A stretch of 64,000 nucleotides of DNA from Chrysomallon squamiferum. Lineage: Eukaryota; Animalia; Mollusca. Positions 11,854-24,068 of the stretch are shown piece after piece. Within the stretch, counting starts at the first letter, position 1; each line of letters begins with the position of its first letter. The position numbers and the translations under genes were made by a program. The notes beneath the pieces were generated by a model, which saw only the letters and a program-made list of their open reading frames with translations, did no database searches and had not been told where the DNA came from. The stretch is from NCBI GenBank assembly GCA_012295275.1, contig CM022672.1:22692001-22756000 (forward strand), written 5' to 3'.

Positions 11854-12792
11854 TCAGTTTTCTTCAAGTTCCATAACTGCTTCGAAAAGTGAAACTGCAT
11901 CTGGAAAATCAGAACCAACATTTCTTTTCCGATCATCAATAGCCTTTTCAATGAGTTCAATACAGTATCCCATTTCCAAAACTGCCTGGATCGCTGGGCT
12001 ATGGGGGTAATTACTGCTCGAGCTATCGGAGGTTGTTGTTGCTTGAGCCACAACGCTGTTCACAGGTTTCACAAAACAACTGGTGTCGGATTTATCACAA
12101 CTCTTTTCAACAACATTCGTTTTATTTTTCGAGTCCATGTTCGATTTCTCAACTTCAACAATTTTCCTTATTTCATCAATGTCCAGTTTGTCAGCAAATT
12201 CACAGTTCGTAGCCCATTGTTTGTGAACATCTGGCGGAAAATCATCGTCATCCCAATCGCGCAAAGTTAGTCCACAATGAAAACATCTTGCGCGATCGGC
12301 CGATCCTATGTAGAAAAATCCAGAACGGGCCAAAATACAGGGCTTCTGCAAGGGCGATAAGAGCGGCCATCCAATGAAGCTATCCAGTCTTTTATCATAG
12401 CTCTCGTATTCCCTGTATTTTGGAGTACTACTAGAAGTAGAATCCGATTTATTATATTCTGAATCTCCGGTTGTCGAAAATTTTGCTCTAATGAAACTAC
12501 AACCAGATGTATGTTTTCTGTGTTCTTCCAAAGGGTTCTCGTTACCAGTCCAGTTGAACAACCTGATACCACAAGATTCGCAAACAACCTTATCAGACGT
12601 ACCTGTGTACACAAATCCAGCCATTGCCAGCTGCAGAGGACTTTTCTTGCCTTTGTAATTTTTGAATGTCAGTAATCTTCTACTTAACATTTCAGCTTCA
12701 TGGATACGATTCCCAGGATACAAAAATACACTTCGGTCTGAATTCACTGCTACTGAATCAGTTTGAATATCGGAATTCGTTAAAGAAGACAT
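11854..12792 (-). CDS. IAP/BIRC-family protein, BIR-BIR-UBA, 312 aa, no RING (locus A)
   Basis: Two perfect BIR zinc motifs C-x2-C-x16-H-x6-C (CESC..H..C; CFHC..H..C), each preceded by RLxTF/RLxSF and LAxAGF/LARSGFFY. IAP-type UBA at the C-terminus (AIQAVLEMGY..LIEKA..FPDAVSLFEAV). Confidence 0.93.
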   Translation of the reverse strand: MSSLTNSDIQTDSVAVNSDRSVFLYPGNRIHEAEMLSRRLLTFKNYKGKKSPLQLAMAGFVYTGTSDKVVCESCGIRLFNWTGNENPLEEHRKHTSGCSFIRAKFSTTGDSEYNKSDSTSSSTPKYREYESYDKRLDSFIGWPLLSPLQKPCILARSGFFYIGSADRARCFHCGLTLRDWDDDDFPPDVHKQWATNCEFADKLDIDEIRKIVEVEKSNMDSKNKTNVVEKSCDKSDTSCFVKPVNSVVAQATTTSDSSSSNYPHSPAIQAVLEMGYCIELIEKAIDDRKRNVGSDFPDAVSLFEAVMELEEN

Positions 12793-12948
12793 TTTGTTAA
12801 TTTCAAGAAATTTTTCAAACTTATCCGTTCGTGTTCTAAAGGAGTGTTAACTGTAGCGTAAGCTACAATTTTACAACACCAATCACAGTACAGATGACAA
12901 ACGTACTTGATATTCACTCGTCGCATTTCGGCGATAAAAATAAATAAA

Positions 12949-12958
12949 GGGAATTCCG
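12949..12958. promoter_or_regulatory. NF-kB/Rel-like site upstream of locus A
   Basis: GGGAATTCCG 157 bp upstream of the ATG; conserved at loci 5 and 7. Confidence 0.55.
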
Positions 12959-13500
12959 AATTATATTACTATAGTTAAACAAGCTTTGATACTACGTACT
13001 TACAGTGTGGGTAAGGACCTACTTACAGTCTGGGAAACGACTATTTCACAATTTTTGTAAATATGAATTTATAGTGGAAAAAATTTGGTAACGACAAGTT
13101 ATAAAAATAAAATGAAATAAACAAATGATGATGATAATAATAATGATAGTAATAGTAATCATCATCGTCATCATCATTATCATCACCAATATAATCATAA
13201 TAATAATAAAATTTAATTTTTAAAAGATGTTCTCATTATTATATTTTTTATTTATTTATCGCCTTTTATTATTATAAAGACAGAACATATTCCTATAATA
13301 ATTAATCATTCAGGGAATACTTAAATATACATATAATATTTTATAAAATAAGTCGACCACTTTTCTACTGTTGTTTACGTTTTCAAGGATGCTTCTCCGT
13401 AAAAATGGCTTATATCACGTTTATATTTTTTTCATGTCAAGAATGTTACCAAAGAAAATTTAATTTTGAACCATGTATTTTATATCATTTAAAAATTTCA

Positions 13501-13820
13501 TTACGACTGTTCACAAGATCAACTGAGCCTTGTAATATTGCAAAAGTACGTGTATATCATTACAACTGTTGACAAAATCAACTGATCCTAATGATATTTT
13601 ATAAGTATGTGTATATCATTACGACTCTTCACAAAATCAACTGATCCTAATATTTTGTAAGTATGTGTATATTGTTACGACTCTTTTTAACGATATTTTA
13701 TAAGTATGTGTATATTGTTACGACTCTTCACAAAATCAACTGATTCTAACGATATTTTATAAGTATGTGTATATTGTTACGACTCTTCACAAAATCAACT
13801 GATTCTAACGATATTTTATT
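13501..13820. repeat. ~59-bp minisatellite, ~5.5 copies
   Basis: Unit TTACGACTCTTCACAAAATCAACTGATTCTAACGATATTTTATAAGTATGTGTATATTG. Confidence 0.9.
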
Positions 13821-15727
13821 GGTTCTGAATTTTGTAAACGCAGGCTTTAATACATTCACAAGTTTTAATTTTTTTATGAAAATCAACTAAATTTTACAAA
13901 AATATTTAATAATATTTAATGAATATAAAAGTTATATAATAATGTTGCAATACTATTATTTTCTAGCGCTCGATATTTCGATTCATTCGTCGGTCACCAT
14001 AAACGTTGACAATTTATAAAAGAAACTGAGACCTCGTCTATAATAATAATAGAAAGTTTAAGATAGCAGGAAATATTGTTTAGATTTTATTAATTTTTAT
14101 TTTTATCAAACAAATCGGTTAACACCGACACAATAGGTAGCTTATTTATTATAAATCACGTATTTTTACACACGTAAATTCTTGTCACAGATGTAATAAA
14201 ACATAAAATATCGAAACATTTCGTCAAGAGGAATATTTATTTATTTACTGTTACTTGATTTTACACATTCTTGGTTATATGTATAAAATTAATAACCTAC
14301 ATTTGTTACCCGGTATATTTCTGTTGTTGTGTTCCCAAAGTATCAAGAAATTTGCTTTAAAAGCTAGGCAAGGTGCAGATGTCACTGAGCACTGATCCGA
14401 AGCTAGCAAAGCATTTCATTTCACACGATGCATCGCGATGATTATCTGAATCCAAGATACTTATCATTATGGCTGGTCACTGATAATGTTTGTATATCAG
14501 TTTAGTTTGTTCGGAACATTAGTTATAAACAAATAATTGAAAATCCGAAACAGGATAAGAGGTAAAAATAACAACAAAATGTATTTAAAAAATAATAATA
14601 AAAAAAAAAAGAAAAAAAAAAAGCGATCGATTATACTTAAGAGATATAGATTCCATATTTATTGAATAACAGCCGTTTCATGTAAGCTGTAGTGTAGGAG
14701 TTCATTGTGTTCACTTGCAGAATGCCATCAAAATTATAGTAGAGTAAAAAATAAAATGATTACGTATTTCAGAACAACAACTCTTACGTTTCATATATCA
14801 GTTGATACAGGTCAGAAACATAATGCTTTAGTCATTACGTTTATCTTTCTATCTTTATAACAGTCTTTATAAAATGAACACTTTACTAAATAGATCGTGC
14901 AAATACAATAACGATATCTCTTGAAATATTTCTTAGAGTTGGCTTTATTTTTTTAAATTCAATCATTACTATGTTAGGACCGTGGACATTTGACAATATT
15001 GAAATGCAGTATATTTGTCAATTTATTTTGATATGGTCTGAGCATTTTTTTTTTCTTTCTTTTTTTCTGCGACTGAAGATCTTTTGACCGATATAAAATA
15101 CAATCTTGCTTCACAATAATAATTTAAAAAAATGAATGCGTTACCATTTTAACTGTCTTCAGCAGCTTCTACGGAAGAATAATCCGATGTCTTCACATTC
15201 ATACTCGATACTGTGTTAGCATTGGAAATTATGTAGGGAAACAACAATTGTTTACAAACTTCTCGTTTTGACACATTTTCCAATATGTTCTACACAAATC
15301 CGCTCTTTTGCTTGCCTAAAATGACAAAAGCAAAGCATAAGAATATTAAATAAAATAAATATATAAAAGAGTAGAATACATTACATTTTACAGATGTTAT
15401 ATTTCAAAATTTTAAAGAAAAGAACATCAACATTTATTTATTAAAGAAGTAAATTTTGATGTGTTAAGGAGTTATTTCATCTGACTGCTACTACACTGAT
15501 GGACTGATGATGTTGGCTGTGTTCAAGATTGTTAACAACAATAATTCTAATTTCATATGGTTCATGCTAAAAATAAGTGTATCGGTTAAAAAAAGATGGC
15601 AGCTACAGTCACATAATACAGTGTCAATGATAAATATGTGTGTTTACATATAAATATCTATATATATATATATATATATATACTTGAATTTATACAGGAT
15701 TCCTTTATAAACTAAGAATCATAAATG

Positions 15728-17775
15728 AAATAAATATACAAGATGTAACTATTGACAAATATATTTGAAATAATTTTGGGATACAGCAGTTTAAAACCTA
15801 AAATATATTTCCTAGGACTCTTCATTGTAGCTTCTAAGTCCATAATTAATAGAAACCTGCAGACATATTTGTCTAAACCATGGAGTATTGTGGTTAAATC
15901 AAAGAATTAAGATCTTGAGATAAAACAAATTAAGTGATAATGGTATGCTCATGTCATAAATCTTAAATACTGATTTACCAATTACAGATGGTATCAAGTC
16001 TGGGTTGATCTTTCATTCAGGGTATGGTGAATAGCTGAAAGCCAAATTAAAAAAATATATGAATTAATGGATATTTAATGAATAGATAAAGATCATTTTA
16101 TTATAACAAAACAAATAAAAATAATTGTTTATATTTTATTCATAATGCTATGCATTAACAAATTCCTTTATAATCTATATTTTTATACTATAGTGTTTTA
16201 AAACTGTTTATAAGAGTAACAAACACAGAGACACATATCTGATAGTTAAACAGCAGACTTATTCTATATTTTCAGTTTTGTCATTGGCCACAACTCTACC
16301 AGTATCACCTATCTTACCTTTTGACTGTTTTTGTCAACATAAAAAACTCACAGCACAAATCCTTCAGATGGATCTTAATGAAGTGTTTTTCTCTCCTCAT
16401 TTCTTTACAGTTACAACAAAATAGTTTGCAGAACGTGGAACAAGACTTAGAAATGACTTAGAATGTTCTCCTACTCATAAACTAAATTAGCCTTAAAACA
16501 CAGTGTAATATTTTTCTGTGAAGCATAATAATCTGATTACTACTTTGTTTTAATTAGGGGCCTTTTAAATGACCTCTGTCAACTTTGTCACGGAGCATGA
16601 GCTGGAATGTGAAAACGCTCTTTAATCAGTCATACCTAAGACCAGTATTCTTCAACTAATCACAACACAGAATACTACTTTTCAATGAATCACTTCTCAA
16701 AAAAGAACTATTCAACAAACAAAAAAAAGATATTCAACCAATCACTTCTGAGAACAGCACTTTTCAGCTGATTATATCCCAGGCCAGGATGATAGGAACA
16801 CAACTTTGACCCATGTATGCTTTCAGTCACTAAAAATTAGACAGTTTAGGATTAAATATTAGCTTTAAAATATCCAATGTTCTAAATAAACAAAGAGAAA
16901 AAGTTTTATTGTGTAAAATAAAATTTCTGTATCAATGCTGAGGAATAAAACTAATTAACACTTCAAACTCCTAGACAAATTTTGTAAAATTACTACAAAA
17001 CTACCACGTTATTTATTAATTCTTAGATTTCTTTATGGTGCCTAACTGTCACATTAGTTTTATTGTTAATTCTTGCTTTCTTTTTAGATTTTTTACAATG
17101 TCTCCCTGTCATTTCTTTGATACCTTTATTACAAATGTATATGAAAGATGAATAAACAAAATAAATAAGTAAATAAAACATACTCATATATATATATTGT
17201 ATTATCAGAAACCTTTATTTATAAACTCATCATACATTGATAATTTAAAAGCATTAAATACATAGTTATATTTAGTTTATAGATGTTCTGCATACAAATG
17301 AAAAGATAATTAAGACAATGTTAGTGAAAATACAAATAAGATAAAAAAACCCAACTAAAAACAATAAATAAAATTACAATAAACAAACACTATTAGTACA
17401 AATTTATTATATTTCAAACATATTTACATATATAAAGATGCATTTAATTTGTATCATAACATTTAGTATTATTATTATTATTATTATTATTATTTAAAAT
17501 AAATAAAATAAGAAAAATGAAGGAAATTATTTTTACTCAGTATTTCTTTATCATTACAAAAATCAATATACTTCCTTTAAATTATGATGAATTATAATGT
17601 TAATAACCTAAGCTAAAACTAACCACTCCCAAAGAAAATGTATCCTGTTTGGTATTAAGATTAAACACTAACACGGCACATTAATGATATGATTATATAT
17701 ATATATATATGAGATAAAGTGAGAGAAATACCAAGTATAATATTTTCAATGAATTAGCAAAATAAACAAATGAAT
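15728..17775. repeat. ~2-kb near-identical direct repeat, copy 2 (abuts the gap)
   Basis: Matches 7883-9920. Confidence 0.92.
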
Positions 17776-17975
17776 NNNNNNNNNNNNNNNNNNNNNNNNN
17801 NNNNNNNNNNNNNNNNNNNNNNNNNNNNNNNNNNNNNNNNNNNNNNNNNNNNNNNNNNNNNNNNNNNNNNNNNNNNNNNNNNNNNNNNNNNNNNNNNNNN
17901 NNNNNNNNNNNNNNNNNNNNNNNNNNNNNNNNNNNNNNNNNNNNNNNNNNNNNNNNNNNNNNNNNNNNNNNNNNN
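17776..17975. other. Assembly gap (200 N)
   Basis: Run of N. Confidence 1.
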
Positions 17976-18153
17976 AATGTATATAAAATTTAAATATGAC
18001 TTTATCTAGGTAGATTTCTTGTAGCAATTATTTACCCGATATGATTTTAAAAATTAATAATAGAAACACACACACACACACACACACATACATACATACA
18101 CATACATACATACATACACATACATGCATACATACTACTACTACTACTACTAG

Positions 18154-18208
<55 letters not shown>

Positions 18209-18504
18209 AGAAGACGGGAAAAAGAAAACAGAAATCAATAAAATCTAAATTTTATTTACATTTTATAATATATATGTATATATATAAAATTCATACAAAT
18301 AAACACAAACCTGGCTCCTTTTTTATTTTTTATTTTTTTTATTTATTTATTACTATAATTCTTTTTCTTACTGTTCTCAAAAGGAATGTAACTGTAAAAG
18401 TTACAAAAATCAACATACCATTAAAAACAAAATGTAAATAAATATACAAACAGACAAAGACACAAACACAATAAAATAAATGAATAAATACTACTACTTC
18501 TACT

Positions 18505-18574
<70 letters not shown>

Positions 18575-19648
18575 TTAATAATAATAATAAGAAGAAGAAG
18601 AAGAAGAAGAATAAAGGAACAAAAAATAAAACCTAAATAAAATAATAATCAAATCGAAATGAAAATTTAAAAAAATAACAACAACAAACAAATTATTATG
18701 TAGTTAAATATGGCACCATATTCACACATGGCAGTGTAAATAAAAAACATGAACATTATAATATGACACACGGATACACACAGAGATAAACACATTCTTG
18801 TATTTGGTCATTTTTAAATATCACTATATTATGTTGCTCTTTTAAAGTAAATTGTTATAAACATTTCATCAGTGTCCTATATTTACTTTGCCATATAAGA
18901 TCAAGTGAAGATCGTTTGCAGTAAAAATGGTGCTCAAAGATAAAGGGTATTATTTTTCTTTTTTTCTTTTTTCTTTTGACAATTAATATTTGACTCAGTT
19001 ATATTAAATAATCAATAATGGCTAAATCAAAGGCAACATTCTTATATGACTAAGTCTTTCAGCTAAATTTCTTATTAGTTTTTATCATTATTCTGTAGCT
19101 TATATGACAATCTAAATATCTAAATAGCTTATATGACAATCTAAATATGTGTTTGAACTCCTTTTTATTATAAAGTGGATTGTCTTCAGAAATACTGCAG
19201 AAACATAATATATTAAAAAGACCCATGTTTTCCAAGGTCACGATCAGGTAAATACAGAAAAATATCACACTCTGGGAACATGTCCTCCGCCACATGTATT
19301 ATATTGTTCGTATCATATATATATATGTCGCAGTATGGAAGTCGTTTTCCTGAAGTAAAATTGTCCTCATCCTCGGCTGTCTAATCCTGCAAAACAAAAC
19401 CAGTCAAAATGCGTATGATCATATTCATCAACATTCAACATTAATATTTTTAAATGTCTTTTTTATTTTTTTATGTAGATCAATTGCCACGTAACGGAAG
19501 TAGGCGATGCGCATGCGTTTATTTATAGGTTTATTAAACGTCCTAAGCTTCTATGTTATCATAAAATTTGTCTTCTGGTTAAAAAACAAACATACTCCTC
19601 CCTCCAAAAAAAAAAAAAAAAAAACCACAACAATGAGATGATACTAAC

Positions 19649-20206
19649 CTTATTTTCTTCAAGATCCAAAACTGCTTTGAAAAGTGTTCCTGCATCTGGA
19701 AAATCAGAACCATCTTCGCTTTTCCGATTATCAATGGCCTTTTGAATGAGTTCAATAGAACAACCCTCATCCAAAACTGCCTGGATCGTTGGGCTGTAGG
19801 CGTCATTACTGCTCGAGCTGTCGGTTGTTGTTGCTGCTTGAGCCATAACGCTGTTGTCGGCTTTATCACAACTGTTTTCAACAACAATCTTTTTAGTTTT
19901 CGAATCCATCTTTGATTTCTCAGCTTCAAACATTTTCCTTATATCATCAATTTCCATTTGGTCAGCATATTCCAAGAAGATGTTTTTCTTTTCTTCAAGT
20001 TCCAAAACTGCTTTGTAAAGTGTTACTGCATTTGGAAAATCAGAACCATCTTTTCTCTTCCGATTATCAATGGCCTTTTCAATAAGTTCAATAGAACAAC
20101 CCCAATCCAAAACTGTCTGAATCGCTGGGCTGTAGGTGTATTTACAACTGTTGTCGGCTTTATCACAACTCTTTTCAACAACAATCTTTTTCTTTGTCGA
20201 GTCCAT
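19649..20206 (-). CDS. BIR-less tandem-UBA IAP derivative, exon 1 (locus 3)
   Basis: Paralog of locus 1 with the same 558-nt coding exon. Donor at 19649/19648, acceptor at 19387/19386. Confidence 0.72.
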
Positions 20207-20611
20207 CTTCGTATTTCCAACTTGAACGATCTTCCTTATTTCATCAATGTCCAGTTTGTTAGCAAATTAACAATTCGTGAAGCAGCTTTCTTCGTGTCGT
20301 TAGCGAGTGTTAATGGCGTCAGCTATGCTTTCGTAGCACCAATCAGAATACAGATAGTAAAGATCCCTGGATATCCATGCGTCAGAATTTTCTTCTGTGT
20401 CAAAAAATAGATCACACACTGAGGGAACACGTCGGACTGTGACGGAGTTTGAATGACATTATTAGCCAACTATGTTGGTATATTTTGCGTTATTTTTGTT
20501 TAAGTCTGAAGCAGGGACAAATGGTTATCCTGTTTCTCTATGCTCTGTTTTACGTGTTGGTCAATTTGATGTAATCTAAATATGTTCCACAGAGAGTTTT
20601 ATGTATGTATA

Positions 20612-20840
20612 CAGTGGTACCTTGACTTACCAGTTTAATTCGTTCTGTCACTGAGCTCCTAACTCAACTTGCTCTTATATCAAATCAGTTTTCCGAAATG
20701 AAGTTAATTGAAATACCATTAATCCGTTCTAGCCCTCCAAAAACCACCCGGAGACACGGGATGGATGTTGGGCAGATGCTGCGTAGTTCGTTGCGCCAAC
20801 TCGCTCATAACTCGGAAAACTCGTAAGTTGGAATTACAGT
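20612..20840. mobile_element. pogo/Tigger-like MITE remnant (paralog 33822-34054; trace at ~1915-1990)
   Basis: TA|CAGTGGTACCTTGACTTAC start and CTCGTAAGTTGG end. Confidence 0.6.
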
Positions 20841-21511
20841 TTTTCATTTAACGCTAACTCCCACGTCCTCAACCACTAAATATGTATACATGCGTCCAGT
20901 AAATAATTTTTCTTGTAACATAAATATCTTGTTTTGTTTTGGGTTCGTAATGGATGCTTGATGCTATATATACCTATAATAGTATATGCAAATATATAAT
21001 TATCTGTAATAATCAACCGTCACAGTTTCTTAACTGCACAGTCAGGGGGACCACTAAAAAAGCAATCCTAGACAGGAATCCAGCCATTTTTTACGCTGGG
21101 CCCCGTGACTGACTGGGACAAACATCGATCATATTATTTTTTGTTATTATACAAGCGTTGATAAATTGTACCTACTTAAACAAAAGACACGACTATTTCA
21201 CCATTTTTGTAAATATCAGTTTATGGTGGAAAACATTTGTAACATTCAATTACAAAAATAAAATAAAATAAAACAAAGAAATGATGATGATGATAATAAT
21301 GATAATGGCAGTAATAATAATAATCATCATCATCACCATTACTATCATAATCATAATAATAATTATTTTAATTTTTAAAGATTGTTGTTGTTATTATTAT
21401 ATTTTTATTTAATTATCGCCTTATATTTTTGCAAAGACAGAACATATTCCTGTAGGAAAGCATTTCTATGGCCCGTTAATTATTATTATTATATTTTATT
21501 AATTAATTAAT

Positions 21512-21550
<39 letters not shown>

Positions 21551-22367
21551 TTATTATTATTTGTATATGTATATGTGTATATGTATATATATATATAAAA
21601 AAAGAAATAAAGAGAGATAAAGTATCCTGGCAATTTTTACTACATTCATGAACAACATGATGTATATTTGACGGCAATTATATTTGAAAAATGTTTTGAC
21701 AATGAAAAAGAAATATTTTCTTTGTTTAGTTATCTCTCAGTGACATAAAAATGATATAAACTGTCATTTTTTTTCATTATTATTATTTATTTTTTAAATT
21801 TTATTTGTGTTTTTTTTTTGTTTTGTTTCCCCACATTTTATCTTGATGTATAACAAGGAAATTCATACGAATGATCAGAAACGAATTGGAAGTTAAGATC
21901 ATATCTTTCGGTGTTAAGACAGATAAAGTATCCTGGCAATTTTTACTACATTCATGAACGACATGATGTATATTTGAGCCAGTTATATCTGAAAAATGTT
22001 TTGACAATCATAAAGAAATATTTTCTTTGTCTAGTTATCTCTCAGTGACATAAAAATGATATAAATTATCATCTTTTTTCATTATTATTATTTATTTTTT
22101 TAATTTAATTTGTTGTTTTGGGGGGGTTGTCAAGTAGAAATAAAGAAAAAGTAAATAAATAAATTATTTATTTCCATTTAAACGTGGTGAGTTTATTTGG
22201 AAAGTTCATTTCCAGCCATTTATTATTATATGTAGTACAATCGACTGTATCGTAGTCGACATAATTCGTCTGGCAGACATTCATCTCAGTTTCCGAAAAA
22301 CAATGAAATAATAGTAAAGCACCACTATTTTGAATTTGTATCAGTCTTATAAGCCATTTTTCAATGT

Positions 22368-22408
<41 letters not shown>

Positions 22409-23723
22409 ACACACACACACACTTAGATCTAAGACAAAAGCCCATTCTGAAATATTTTGTAATTGCACTTAATTTTTAGTTTTTTAACTAAACTCTACAT
22501 TGTTCTGCTGAATTTTTGTGCTTATGATTCAACTAATGACTCATTTCAAAAATTATAATCAATGGTAGATGGTTTCATTTAAAGAGCTACAGTTATGAAA
22601 AGCATTTAACTAGTATTGGCACCCATATAACATGTATAAGCTGAGACTATATCAACTACTGTGGATGATGCCTCCTTAGCTTCAGTACCATGTGTCAGAA
22701 ATCTATGTTTGATTTTGCAAGGACTAAAGAGTATCAAATGACTCCAATATGTCGGTCAAGTTATGCTCAGCTATGGAAGATCGGTAGAATCAGGCATATA
22801 TATATTAATAATAATCATCGAAATACACTGACTCGTTTTTTTTCTCTCCAAGCTTTACAAATAGAAGCTAGATCATCCCTTAACTGGAATGGTGCCATGA
22901 AAGTGTGTCTTTTCAAATATTGCCAATAAGGTAATTTATTTTCTGCTGGGTACCCAGACGTACTGGCATAAGCAGTAATAAAAGGCAGATTCTGCTGCCA
23001 AGTCAACTTTAGATTTTTAACATGCTGGTGTAACCAGTACTGATTTTAAGCATCATATCGGCCAGTATATCGTTTCCACATGGCAAAATTACTGAAATGG
23101 TGCTGTCATAAACAAGCCTCATTATATTAAGCCAGCCTTGGTCGATTGGCAGTCCTCTTACAGGCAGTGCAGAATGAATATGTCCCGCGTCGGTCATACA
23201 CACTTAAGTCATTCGTGTCTCTTAAAGAAAGATCTTCCATCTCAGAGTGAGCACTTTCAGTGTACTTTGACAGTTCAACACATTTTGCTGGAATGCAGTC
23301 ATTTTATTGAGACAAGAGCATATCTGATAGATACAATGTGGTAAATTGTTTAGATACCATTCAAATCTTTTACAGAATTTTTAAAAATGTGATATTTATA
23401 TTTTACCCAGCTCTTTACCCTTCATTTTATAAACTTTTGATATTTTGGTATTATTTTATTCCCAATAGCAAATCTATTTTTCGTGCTGGGGTGTCGTAAA
23501 ACATCGAGTCTTACATTCGTTCTGTGGTTGGAGTTATTCCCCTTAGAGTGTAAATAATTTTCTTCAGATTTCACTTATGTGAGTTTTCCCAACGTATGAG
23601 AATCAACATTTATTTATATATTTTAATACGCATAGATTCGATTGTTATTGCCAAGAGGTGGTGTGAAGCAGCGACAGTCAAATGTTGATTAAATTTTATT
23701 TATTCCTACATTTTATTTATTTC

Positions 23724-23783
<60 letters not shown>

Positions 23784-24023
23784 GCTGTGGTTATACTGAT
23801 GAGGATATCCAGGCAGTGTTTGCTAAGTATAACTGCTGTAGAAAAAAGTGCAGTTTCTCATAAATGAAGTGAGTAAGATATGATTTTACACAAAGTGTGT
23901 TCTGTTTCTCATTTCAATCAATTCACCAACAGATTTTGATGAATCTTTGTAAAATTGATTTAAATATTTTTTGTTTGCTATGGTTATGGAGTCATTTCAC
24001 AACTGGAAGAAAAAACTACAACG

Positions 24024-24068
<45 letters not shown>

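Noticed and set aside
12001-12614. Antisense and shifted ORFs within locus A (likewise 63121-63785 and 19958-20410)
   Set aside because: They overlap the BIR/UBA coding frame and have no independent motifs.
13501-13820. Possible CRISPR-like array
   Set aside because: Units are head-to-tail with no unique spacers and the context is eukaryotic; it is a minisatellite.
17746-18441. ORFs across the N gap and poly-Y/L/I/N ORFs
   Set aside because: Artefacts of Ns and microsatellites; the same applies to 27638-27861, 29422-29751 and 34753-35007.
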